From Clostridia bacterium (lineage in GTDB: Bacteria > Bacillota > Clostridia > TANB77 > CAG-508), in NCBI GenBank assembly GCA_017430135.1, contig JAFRNM010000020.1, positions 1 to 32,000 on the forward strand: 32,000 nucleotides of DNA, written 5' to 3'. The notes below the pieces were generated by a model. That model was given only the letters and a program-made list of their open reading frames with translations. It searched no databases and was not told where the DNA came from. A program made the translations under genes and the position numbers. Positions 8,344 to 16,037 of the stretch are shown piece after piece (position 1 is the first letter of the stretch; each line of letters opens with the position of its first letter).

Positions 8344-9900
8344 TCATTTCCTTTCTTTAAAGTATGGAAATAAATCTAATTTTTCTGGTTTTAAAATTTT
8401 ATTTCCATCAGATAAAAATGTAAGTGCGGTGAATGTTTCTAATTTTTGTGTAAAAAAATTAGTTTCGTATATAAAATCATTTTGCATATATGTATTATAA
8501 GTTTCTGAAATATTTGAATTTTTAGAATTCAAAGAATTCGTAATATAACTAAATTTAGTCTCTTGTGCGTTTTCGGAAATTGTTTTTGATATTTTTTCTT
8601 TATCTTCTTTACCAAGTTGTTTTTGAGCTTCTTCAATCGTAAAAATATCATCTGTTCTGAACCAAATTTTATTGATTAAATTTTGAATAATAACCTTAAC
8701 AGAAGATTCATCTTTTAATGTATTTTTCAATGAAGAATAACTTTGTGTACTAACAATATTTATACATTTTGCTTCTCTACTTGTAGAGAAAAAATTACCA
8801 TCATTTTTTGTACAATATTTATCATATTCATCACAAATAAATATAGATTTTTTACTATTGTTTTTTGATACATTTTGCATAACTTCTGATTGAAAATCTA
8901 ATTTCAAATATGCTGCAATTATTTTAGAAAGTAATTCATATTCTGAAATATTCATATTTAAAACTACAATTTTACCTTTATCTAAAACCTCATCAAAACC
9001 TGTAAAAGAAAGCTTTTCCTGACTGCTACAAAAAGTATTTACAACATCATAGTCGGAAATAAAAGTATTCGTAATACGCGTAATTTCTGAAATTAAAATT
9101 CCTTTAGTTCTTTGGTCTAAATTTAAAAATTCTTTTTGGAAAAAATCTAAACTTGCATTTAATTCATAAATTTCATTTTGATTTAATTTATTTGAAATAA
9201 ATAAATCTTTAATTATTTTTAATTTATTATTAAAATAATTTTCGTCAGTAACTAATTTATGCAATTCTAAAAATGTAACATAATTATTATTATAAATTCT
9301 AATTATTTTTATTGCTTCGGTAAAAATTTGCTCGACTTTATCAAGCCAATAAGATTCTGAATTATTTTCAGAAAATAAAGTTAGAATTGTTTTAATTCTA
9401 TTTGCTAAAACTTGTGGTTTTAGATTTGGTTTGTGCAATGGATTATAAAAAATATTAGAATTTAATTCTATAATAATTAAATCATTTTCTAAATTATATT
9501 TTTGTGCGAATTTTTTTACCTGATTATAATAATTTCCTTTCACATCTAAAATTAACATTCCAATTTTTTCTGAATTTTCAGAATTATATTTTATAAATTG
9601 TTCAGTAAAAGGGTACATTGCAGAACTTGTTTTGCCTGAGCCAATGGTGCCTGTAATTAAAATATTTTGATATAAACCTAATTCTGGAATCATTATTTTT
9701 TCGTTATTTTTATTTTTTCCAATTAATAAATTTAATTGATTTTTACTTTTAGAATTATTTTTATTATGATTTTTTATTTTATTTTGGGAAATTTTAAAGA
9801 ATTTAAATTTATTTAAAAATCTTGAATAAATTAAATTACTTATGACAATATTAGAAATAAAATAACTGATAATAAAAATTATTTTTATATAATGCCACAA
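8344..9900 (-). CDS. type IV secretion coupling protein-like P-loop ATPase (VirD4/TraG/TraD family)
   Basis: Walker A ITGTIGSGKTS, MLILDVKGNY, Walker B IFICDEYDKY, STQSYSSL and an N-terminal TM helix. The annotated start is TTG. The frame is open a further 51 codons upstream to an ATT at 10053-10051, placed 7 nt after GGAGG (see finding). Confidence 0.7.
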   Translation of the reverse strand: MWHYIKIIFIISYFISNIVISNLIYSRFLNKFKFFKISQNKIKNHNKNNSKSKNQLNLLIGKNKNNEKIMIPELGLYQNILITGTIGSGKTSSAMYPFTEQFIKYNSENSEKIGMLILDVKGNYYNQVKKFAQKYNLENDLIIIELNSNIFYNPLHKPNLKPQVLANRIKTILTLFSENNSESYWLDKVEQIFTEAIKIIRIYNNNYVTFLELHKLVTDENYFNNKLKIIKDLFISNKLNQNEIYELNASLDFFQKEFLNLDQRTKGILISEITRITNTFISDYDVVNTFCSSQEKLSFTGFDEVLDKGKIVVLNMNISEYELLSKIIAAYLKLDFQSEVMQNVSKNNSKKSIFICDEYDKYCTKNDGNFFSTSREAKCINIVSTQSYSSLKNTLKDESSVKVIIQNLINKIWFRTDDIFTIEEAQKQLGKEDKEKISKTISENAQETKFSYITNSLNSKNSNISETYNTYMQNDFIYETNFFTQKLETFTALTFLSDGNKILKPEKLDLFPYFKERK

Positions 9901-10318
9901 AATAGGATTATCTTGACAAATATCAAAAGGATGAATTCCATAAGGAATAATTATTTCTTCCGCAATGAATATAGGATAAAATAATTCAAATGCAATATAA
10001 AAAGAAATTATTAAAAAAATACAAGTAAAAACAAGCTGTTTTTTATTTTTAATAAAAAAACCTCCTTTCTTATTTAATTTGTTTTTGTTTGATTTTTAAT
10101 TTAGAACCTTGTAAATTATGAAAGATTTTAATTTCGAATATAGTATAAATTGAATATAAACTTATAAAGAAATTAAGAAAAAATATTATAAAAAACAAGT
10201 TTAATAAATCTTTTATAGTATCACCACCTTACAGTAACATAATAATATAACATTTTTTTTATTTTGTCTATACTTTTTTGAAATTTTGTGGTAAAATAAT
10301 TATGGTGGAGGTGAAAAC

Positions 10319-10504
10319 ATGAAATTTGATAAAGACACAAAAATTAGTGAAATACTAGAGGTGGCACCAGAAAAGGCTGATATTTTATTAGAAGTTGGAA
10401 TGCATTGTATTACTTGCCCAATTTCTCAAATGGAAACATTAGAAGAAGCTTGTGGTGTACACGGAATTGATGTAGAAGAAGTATTAGAAAAGTTAAATTC
10501 ATAA
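10319..10504 (+). CDS. DUF1858-type small protein (hybrid-cluster-protein-associated redox disulfide family)
   Basis: 61 aa. ISEILEVAPEKADILLEVGMHCITCPISQMETLEEACGVHGID is the typical DUF1858 CxxC pattern. SD is GGAGGTG. Confidence 0.7.
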   Translation: MKFDKDTKISEILEVAPEKADILLEVGMHCITCPISQMETLEEACGVHGIDVEEVLEKLNS

Positions 10505-10659
10505 TTAAAGTAACATTTATAGTGTAAAAAAACATAATATATAAGAGTAAAATATAATGAAAAAATTATATTTTTATATAAAAACATCAATTTTTTACAA
10601 AAAATTACAATATTATACAAACTTTTTATGAAAATTTTGAAATTTTTTTGAAAAATGTA

Positions 10660-10688
10660 TTGACAATTTAAAAAAAATATTGTAAGAT
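10660..10688 (+). promoter_or_regulatory. promoter of the tRNA cluster
   Basis: TTGACA (10660-10665), 17-nt spacer, TAAGAT (10683-10688), about 30 nt upstream of tRNA-Lys. Confidence 0.6.
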
Positions 10689-10718
10689 ATAGGAGCGTTG
10701 TGAGTACACAACAAATTT

Positions 10719-10794
10719 GGGCTATTAGCTCAGGTGGTAGAGCACTTGACTTTTAATCAAGTTGTCCCGCGTTCGAGTCGCGGATAGCTCACCA
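10719..10794 (+). tRNA. tRNA-Lys (anticodon UUU)
   Basis: Cloverleaf folded by hand: acceptor GGGCTAT/ATAGCTC, anticodon arm CTTGA-CTTTTAA-TCAAG, T-loop TTCGAGT, encoded CCA. Confidence 0.95.
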
Positions 10795-10830
10795 AAAGAA
10801 CTAAATAATTGAAAAATTATTTAGTTCTTT
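10795..10830 (+). repeat. perfect 16-bp hairpin with GAAA loop in the tRNA spacer
   Basis: AAAGAACTAAATAATT (10795-10810), GAAA loop, AATTATTTAGTTCTTT (10815-10830). Confidence 0.8.
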
Positions 10831-10838
10831 GTATATAA

Positions 10839-10913
10839 GGCCCGTTGGTCAAGCGGTTAAGACATCGCCCTTTCACGGCGGAGACATGGGTTCGATTCCC
10901 GTACGGGTCACCA
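10839..10913 (+). tRNA. tRNA-Glu (anticodon UUC)
   Basis: Acceptor GGCCCGT/ACGGGTC, anticodon loop CTTTCAC, T-loop TTCGATT, encoded CCA. Confidence 0.95.
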
Positions 10914-10918
10914 ATATT

Positions 10919-10995
10919 GCCACTTTAGCTCAGTTGGCCAGAGCACCGCACTTGTAATGCGGGGGTCCTCAGTTCGAATCTGAGAAGTGGCTCCA
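10919..10995 (+). tRNA. tRNA-Thr (anticodon UGU)
   Basis: Acceptor GCCACTT/AAGTGGC, anticodon arm CCGCA-CTTGTAA-TGCGG, T-loop TTCGAAT, encoded CCA. Confidence 0.95.
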
Positions 10996-11001
10996 TATAA
11001 G

Positions 11002-11039
11002 GTCAGTAGTTTTGTGAAACGCTTAATTACTGGCTTTTT
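11002..11039 (+). terminator. terminator of the tRNA cluster
   Basis: GTCAGTA (11002-11008) pairs with TACTGGC (11028-11034), including one G-U pair, followed by TTTTT. Confidence 0.45.
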
Positions 11040-11104
11040 ATTATGTAAAAGTTTAGTTTTGAACAAGAAGGTAAAAATGTTTGGAAAAATGGAGGTAATT
11101 AAAA

Positions 11105-11560
11105 ATGATGTACACATATGGAACAAAGGTGTTCACAAAATTAAAAGGATATTATGGAGAAAAGGAAGAATGTTTATGTTGTCACAAAGTATATAAAAAG
11201 GCATATGTTAAGTATACAAAATGGTGCCATTTTAATGAGATACCATTATTCCCTATAAATGTTACATATTACAAAATGTGCCCAATATGTGGTGATAGTG
11301 TAGGCCTAAAAGGAAAACAGGCAAAATCTGAAATGGTAGCTACAGATGCCACAGAAACACAACAATTAGAAGCATATGCAAAACACATTTTAGCTAATAA
11401 ACCAAAGGGATTTATGTCAGTGGATTCAAGTTACGAATTCTATGTAAAAGATTTATCAACTAATGAGGAAATATGTGTAGCAACAAATCTTACAAAAGAT
11501 ATGGTTAAGGACATGAAAAAAGAAAGAGGATTGAAAAATTTTAAAATTATTGATGCTTAA
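11105..11560 (+). CDS. zinc-ribbon hypothetical protein
   Basis: 151 aa. CLCC...(about 30 aa)...CPIC four-Cys ribbon at the N-terminus. SD GGAGGTAA lies upstream of ATGATG. Confidence 0.55.
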   Translation: MMYTYGTKVFTKLKGYYGEKEECLCCHKVYKKAYVKYTKWCHFNEIPLFPINVTYYKMCPICGDSVGLKGKQAKSEMVATDATETQQLEAYAKHILANKPKGFMSVDSSYEFYVKDLSTNEEICVATNLTKDMVKDMKKERGLKNFKIIDA

Positions 11561-11591
11561 AGTATAAAATATTTAAAAGGCGGGATATAAA

Positions 11592-12023
11592 ATGGAAGAT
11601 GGTTATATGCTTGGTTTGCTATTTGCAGTGCTTTTCTGTGGATTAATAGTTGTAATTGTAATAAATGAAAACAAAAAGATTATTAAGAAAATAGAAAACA
11701 TAAAGTCAATGGTTGCAAAAGAAAAAATGGAATTATTAGAGAACACAAAATTTTATAAGTATGAATCTAATAATAATTTTTTAGTGGGTACAAGTTATAT
11801 TTATGATATAGTAGAAGAAGAAACAAGAGTAGAAATTATGTTATTATATAAAAAAATTCCAAATAATAAATCTGGGATAAATTATGATCTGGATTGTGTT
11901 TATATGAGCAAGGATGATTTTAGTGAAAAAAATCTGAAAGTTGGAATGTGTGTTAAGACTATTCATAATACTGCACCTCAAGTTTGGTTTAAAGTAAAAG
12001 AAATTTTGAATGTTGAAAAATAA
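11592..12023 (+). CDS. hypothetical N-terminally anchored membrane protein
   Basis: 143 aa. One TM helix (LGLLFAVLFCGLIVVIVI) is followed by a soluble domain and a strong terminator. Confidence 0.5.
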   Translation: MEDGYMLGLLFAVLFCGLIVVIVINENKKIIKKIENIKSMVAKEKMELLENTKFYKYESNNNFLVGTSYIYDIVEEETRVEIMLLYKKIPNNKSGINYDLDCVYMSKDDFSEKNLKVGMCVKTIHNTAPQVWFKVKEILNVEK

Positions 12024-12052
12024 AAAAATTGTAATATAACCATAGAGAAAAT

Positions 12053-12082
12053 AAAAATGCTTACTTTTAGGTAAGCATTTTT
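12053..12082 (+). terminator. rho-independent terminator (near-duplicate of the one at 26066-26090)
   Basis: AAAAATGCTTAC / GTAAGCATTTTT with loop TTTTAG. Confidence 0.7.
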
Positions 12083-12123
12083 ACTTTTAAAGTTTATTTA
12101 TATTTTTTAAATTACAAAAATCG

Positions 12124-12152
12124 TTGAAAAATAAATTAAAAAAAGTTATAAT
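12124..12152 (+). promoter_or_regulatory. promoter of the SprT-like gene
   Basis: TTGAAA (12124-12129), 17-nt spacer, TATAAT (12147-12152). Confidence 0.5.
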
Positions 12153-12200
12153 CAGCTAAAATAGAATATCTATAAAAATATATAAAATAAGGAAATAAAA

Positions 12201-12773
12201 ATGGAAAAAAAATTAAATAAATTATTTTGCGAATGTATAAAGGATTTTAATTTAATTGGAATAGATATTTTAAATGATAAAAAATATGGAAAAATAAATA
12301 TATCAATTTCAAAAAGAAATAATAAAAGATATGGTTGTTGCAAGCAGGAAAATCCAGATAAAAATTTTAAAACGACTATAAAAAATGGAATGAAGAGAAT
12401 AATTAGATATGAAAAATTTGAATTGCATAATATTGAAATAAGCCCATGGGTAATGCAACTTGAAGATGATATAATAAAAAATACAATAATACATGAATTA
12501 ATACATTGCTTGCCATATTGCAATAATCATGGAGAAATATTTAAAAAATATGCAAAAATATTTAATGAAAAATTTGAATATGACATTTCTCGCGTAGGAA
12601 ATAAGAAAAAGGATTTTGAAAAAAGTAATATAGAGTTTAATGAGAATGAAAACTATAAATATAGAATAATTTGTAAAAAATGTGGCCAAGAATTTTTTAG
12701 ACAACGATTGAATAAAGATTTTTTAAGAAAATATAGGTGTGGCAAATGTGGGGGTAAGTTTAGCATTTTATAA
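12201..12773 (+). CDS. SprT-like zinc metalloprotease with C-terminal zinc ribbon
   Basis: HELIH (HExxH) in IIHELIHCLPYCNNHG, plus CKKCG...CGKCGG at the C-terminus. Confidence 0.7.
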   Translation: MEKKLNKLFCECIKDFNLIGIDILNDKKYGKINISISKRNNKRYGCCKQENPDKNFKTTIKNGMKRIIRYEKFELHNIEISPWVMQLEDDIIKNTIIHELIHCLPYCNNHGEIFKKYAKIFNEKFEYDISRVGNKKKDFEKSNIEFNENENYKYRIICKKCGQEFFRQRLNKDFLRKYRCGKCGGKFSIL

Positions 12774-12887
12774 TTTATTTTGCTAATCATAAAAGGAACT
12801 TGTGCTAATATATATTTTTTTATAAAAAATGCTACAAAAATAGAAAATTGTGATATAATGTTTGGCGTATAGAAAGGATAGGGAAAA

Positions 12888-13163
12888 ATGACAAAAGAAT
12901 TTGTATGTGAATATATTTCAGACAAAATAATAAAAGAGGGAAATTTTATTAGAATTACATTTTTTGATATTAGAGTAAGACATAATTTATCAGCAGACGA
13001 AGTAGAAGAATTTTTAAAAGAAGCAAAGGAGATATTGGAGGATAAAGATTATCAAGTATATTTTACAACAGCCAAATATACATATAAACATGAACAAAGA
13101 ATAGTGCAAGATAACGAATACTTAATTGCTATAAAAGATGATGAAAATAATAAAAGGCAGTAA
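12888..13163 (+). CDS. hypothetical small acidic protein
   Basis: 91-aa ORF with a weak SD (AAAGGATAGGGAAAA). No motif recognised. Confidence 0.4.
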   Translation: MTKEFVCEYISDKIIKEGNFIRITFFDIRVRHNLSADEVEEFLKEAKEILEDKDYQVYFTTAKYTYKHEQRIVQDNEYLIAIKDDENNKRQ

Positions 13164-13341
13164 TTTCACTGCTTTTTATTATTTTCTGAAAAAGTTAAAC
13201 TTGTTAAATAGGATTCATATAATTAAAAAATACTAAAAATTTCATCAAATATACAAATTGAGAGAAATAAAAAATTAATAAAATCGTTGAAATTAGGAGA
13301 TTTTTAAGATTTTAACTTTTAAAAATCACTTCATTATGCTA

Positions 13342-13370
13342 TTGCAATTTTGGTTGATGTATGCTATATT
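13342..13370 (+). promoter_or_regulatory. promoter of the interrupted pseudopilin-like gene
   Basis: TTGCAA (13342-13347), 17-nt spacer, TGcTATATT extended -10 (13362-13370). Confidence 0.5.
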
Positions 13371-13428
13371 TTGAGTAATGATAATTTATTCAATTATTTA
13401 TTTGACGAAAAAAACGGAGGATAAAGTT

Positions 13429-13551
13429 ATGGAATTATTAAAAAATAATAAAGGTATTACTCTTATTATACTTGTGGTTACTATTATTGTGTATTGGGTT
13501 TCTTATGACAAGAATAGAAAATATAGTAATTTAGTGGGTTTCAGCCTATGA
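13429..13551 (+). pseudogene. 5' fragment of pseudopilin-like (class III signal-like N-terminus) gene, interrupted after codon 21
   Basis: SD GGAGG precedes ATG 13429. MELLKNNKGITLIILVVTIIV is followed by element-derived codons and a TGA at 13549-13551. The matching continuation is at 25030. Confidence 0.8.
13466..13513. other. attL (B arm - GT core 13489-13490 - P' arm)
   Basis: The P' arm GTTTCTTATGACAAGA (13498-13513) is the 15/16 reverse complement of 25005-25020. The core GT lies 7 nt from the arm. Confidence 0.65.
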
Positions 13552-13675
13552 TTTATATAGATTTATAATGGAATTGTTATTAAAAAGGATAATAATTCTA
13601 TTTTTTTGTTAAAAATGAAAATTTAGTTAGATAGTTTTGACTAATTTCAAATTTCAAATTTTACAAACATTATTA

Positions 13676-13704
13676 TTGATAAATCAATTTTAAAATGATA
13701 TACT
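13676..13704 (+). promoter_or_regulatory. promoter of the DUF1016 nuclease gene
   Basis: TTGATA (13676-13681), 17-nt spacer, TGaTATACT extended -10 (13696-13704). Confidence 0.5.
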
Positions 13705-13731
13705 AGATAAAAATTGAAAGAAGGATTGCTT

Positions 13732-14787
13732 ATGGATAAAAATGAAATAATAGAAAATAATAATCAAGAAGAATTTAAAAAAATATTTAATAATATAAAA
13801 GATGAAATATTAAATGCACAATATGATATATTTAAAGGTGCTAATGCTAGAACTTTAAGCTTGTATTATACAATTGGAAAAATAATAAATGAAAATGCAA
13901 AATGGGGAAATAAATTTGTGAAAAACTTATCAATTAGCTTAAAAATTGATTTTCCCAATATGACTGGTTTTTCAATTACAAATTTAAAATATATGAGAAC
14001 ATATTATTTGGAATGTCAAAAAGATAACAAATTGAAAGAATTATCAGCAAAAATTCCATGGTCACATAATACAATAATTTTAAGCAAAATTAAAGATGAA
14101 GTACAAAGACAATGGTATATTGAACAAACAGAATTGAATGGTTGGGCGTATGATGTTCTAGCATTTCAAATAAAAAGTGATTTATATACAAGGCAAGTTT
14201 TTGGAGATAAGCCTAATAATTTTAAAAGAACTTTAAAGTCTCCACAAAGTGAATTAGCAAGAGATATGATGAAAGATCCGTATATATTAGATTTATCTTA
14301 TTTAAGAGAAAACTATATTGAAAAAGAATTAGAAAATGCAATGGTTGAAAGAATAAAAAATGTTCTTTTAGAATTAGGAAATGGTTTCAGCTTTGTAGGA
14401 AATCAATATAGAATTGAAGTTGATGGAGACGAATACTTCATCGATATGCTTTTCTACCATACAAAATTACATTGTTATATAGTTGTAGAATTAAAAAATA
14501 CACAATATAAACCAGAATATGCTGGAAAATTAAACTTTTATTTATCAGCAGTAGATGATTTGATAAAAACAGAAAATGATAATCCAAGTATTGGAATAAT
14601 ATTATGTAGAGAAAAGAAAAAGTTTTCAGTAGAGTATTCTTTAAAGGATATAAACAAACCTATTGGTGTAAGTTCTTATGAAATATCAAATATATTACCA
14701 AAAGAGATTATGGATGCATTGCCAACAGAGGAGGATTTAAATTTGCATATAGATATAATTGAAGATGAAAATGAAGAGGATAATTAA
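13732..14787 (+). CDS. DUF1016/YhcG-family PDDEXK nuclease-domain protein
   Basis: ATG 13732 lies 6 nt after AAGGA (the track start at 13714 is a TTG). The C-terminal core EYFIDMLFYHTKLHCYIVVELKNTQYKPEYAGKLNFYLSAVDD matches the D...ExK restriction-endonuclease-like fold of DUF1016. Confidence 0.8.
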   Translation: MDKNEIIENNNQEEFKKIFNNIKDEILNAQYDIFKGANARTLSLYYTIGKIINENAKWGNKFVKNLSISLKIDFPNMTGFSITNLKYMRTYYLECQKDNKLKELSAKIPWSHNTIILSKIKDEVQRQWYIEQTELNGWAYDVLAFQIKSDLYTRQVFGDKPNNFKRTLKSPQSELARDMMKDPYILDLSYLRENYIEKELENAMVERIKNVLLELGNGFSFVGNQYRIEVDGDEYFIDMLFYHTKLHCYIVVELKNTQYKPEYAGKLNFYLSAVDDLIKTENDNPSIGIILCREKKKFSVEYSLKDINKPIGVSSYEISNILPKEIMDALPTEEDLNLHIDIIEDENEEDN

Positions 14788-14829
14788 AAAATGAAATTGG
14801 TCAGACGCGTCTGACCAATTTCATTTTTT
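14786..14829. terminator. bidirectional terminator (22-bp perfect palindrome)
   Basis: AAAAAATGAAATTGGTCAGACG / CGTCTGACCAATTTCATTTTTT. Confidence 0.8.
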
Positions 14830-14850
14830 GGTTTTGCAATAAGGCTCATA

Positions 14851-15108
14851 TTATATATTATTAAAATATTCATCTGTTAAGTCATTTACAGATATACCAA
14901 AGATTTTAGCAAAGGCACATAATTCATAGTCAACAATAGTTCTTTTACCAATTTCAATATTGTAAATTGATTGTTTATGAATATCTATGCCCAATAACAT
15001 TAGTTTGTCAGATAGTTTTTGATAAGAAAGGTTATTCTTTTCACGATAATATTTGATTTTACTACCTACAACATTTAAACTACCATTTATTTTTCTTGAA
15101 TTATTCAT
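14851..15108 (-). CDS. XRE-family helix-turn-helix transcriptional regulator
   Basis: 85 aa. IKYYREKNNLSYQKLSDKLMLLGIDIHKQSIYNIEIGKR is an HTH_3 pattern. Divergent from a small ORF. Confidence 0.8.
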   Translation of the reverse strand: MNNSRKINGSLNVVGSKIKYYREKNNLSYQKLSDKLMLLGIDIHKQSIYNIEIGKRTIVDYELCAFAKIFGISVNDLTDEYFNNI

Positions 15109-15197
15109 ATAAACTCCTTAAAATTTCATATTTGTATTGATTTTATAATAAATATTTGCTACAATATAAATACACGCATTTATAAAGGAGAAAATTG

Positions 15198-15437
15198 ATG
15201 AGATTTATTAAATGTAAGAAACACAATTTAGAAATGAAAGAAATATATAAATTAGTAAATAAACTTATAAAAGATAAAAAGCTAAAATTTGAATTTTATA
15301 ATAGTATTCAAGAAATTGACTTATTACAATGTTATTATAATAAAAAAGCAGATACTATTGAATTTAGGTTTAGAGATGTTATGGGGGAAAACATAAAGGA
15401 ATTACAACTTATTATGCATCAAATGGGAAAAGATTAA
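15198..15437 (+). CDS. hypothetical small protein (divergent partner of the XRE regulator)
   Basis: AAGGAG precedes ATG 15198 by 6 nt. 79 aa, followed by a hairpin and T-tract at about 15453-15490. Confidence 0.45.
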   Translation: MRFIKCKKHNLEMKEIYKLVNKLIKDKKLKFEFYNSIQEIDLLQCYYNKKADTIEFRFRDVMGENIKELQLIMHQMGKD

Positions 15438-15605
15438 ACATATAATTTTGAAAAACGCGTTGAATTTAGAAATAAATTCGGCGCTTTTTTTGCTGGGAAT
15501 TTTTTGTCTACATCTATTTAGGTATAAGTTATACCATTTAAGAACTAAAAACGGAAATAAAGGCATTGTGGTGCGAAAGAAAATTGTGGGAAAGGAGTTT
15601 TTGAA

Positions 15606-16037
15606 ATGGCAGATTTGAAATTAAAAGGATTATGGATTCCATTTGGAGTAATGACAGATAAAAATTTGAGTGATAAAGAAAAGTATATATATTCGCTTGT
15701 AGTATTTTTGAGCCAAGAGAAACAATATTGCTATTGTACCAATAAAACTATAAGCGAGTTATTTAATATATCAGTAACTCAAGTATCGAAGCTAATAAAT
15801 GCATTAAAAGATAAAGGTTATATAAATATAGAAATGCAGTATAAAGAAAATACTAAACAAGTTGAAATTAGAAAAATAGTACCTATTGAAGAAAAATTAA
15901 ATACCCTATTTAACAAAAGTTTAATACCCTATACAACAAAACTTCAACACCCTATTGAAGAAAAGTTTAAGGATAATAAATATAATATAAATAATTATAA
16001 AAATAATAATAAAAGGGTTAGCAATTTTGAACAATGA
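15606..16037 (+). CDS. winged-helix (HTH_36 / DnaD-N-like) replication-type protein, apparently truncated by an in-frame TGA
   Basis: KEKYIYSLVVFLSQ...TISELFNISVTQVSKLINALKDKGYI is a wHTH. The ORF ends ...SNFEQ-TGA. The next 21 in-frame codons (DYEKEGYDFESLYANNKFTT) continue the tail motif seen in the DnaD-domain protein at 5569-6534. Confidence 0.6.
   Translation: MADLKLKGLWIPFGVMTDKNLSDKEKYIYSLVVFLSQEKQYCYCTNKTISELFNISVTQVSKLINALKDKGYINIEMQYKENTKQVEIRKIVPIEEKLNTLFNKSLIPYTTKLQHPIEEKFKDNKYNINNYKNNNKRVSNFEQ

Noticed and set aside
10557-10631. 24-codon ORF (MKKLYFYIKTSIFYKKLQYYTNFL) between DUF1858 and the tRNA promoter.
   Set aside because: It has no SD, low-complexity AT-rich sequence and no supporting context.
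10908-11196. ORFs 10908-11126 (-) and 10987-11196 (+).
   Set aside because: Both run through tRNA-Glu/tRNA-Thr and the tRNA terminator. The + one also overlaps the better-supported 11105 CDS in another frame.
12170-12925. Four minus-strand ORFs (12170-12523, 12309-12494, 12498-12704, 12653-12925).
   Set aside because: They are antisense to the SprT-like gene, which has a clear HExxH and Zn-ribbon signature. Their translations are hydrophobic low-complexity sequences.
10919-13428. Classical tRNA-Thr-integrated island with a direct repeat of the tRNA 3' end.
   Set aside because: I found no copy of the tRNA-Thr 3' segment (…AATCTGAGAAGTGGCTCCA) downstream and no integrase in 10996-13428. It is reported only as a low-interest islet.
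13487-13488. Alternative crossover dinucleotide TT (13487-13488 / 25030-25031). It is also symmetric with respect to the attP arms (9-nt spacing).
   Set aside because: Joining there gives ...ATT ATT TGC TAA, an immediate stop in the host ORF. The GT core (7-nt spacing) restores the frame and the expected VLLILAG sequence.
16035-16037. TGA recoded as a sense codon (genetic code 4/25), as an explanation for the conserved post-stop tail.
   Set aside because: Long conserved genes here (gyrA, pdp, VanW, recombinase) are intact under the standard code with no internal TGA. A single nonsense change (CGA to TGA) or local read-through is the simpler explanation.
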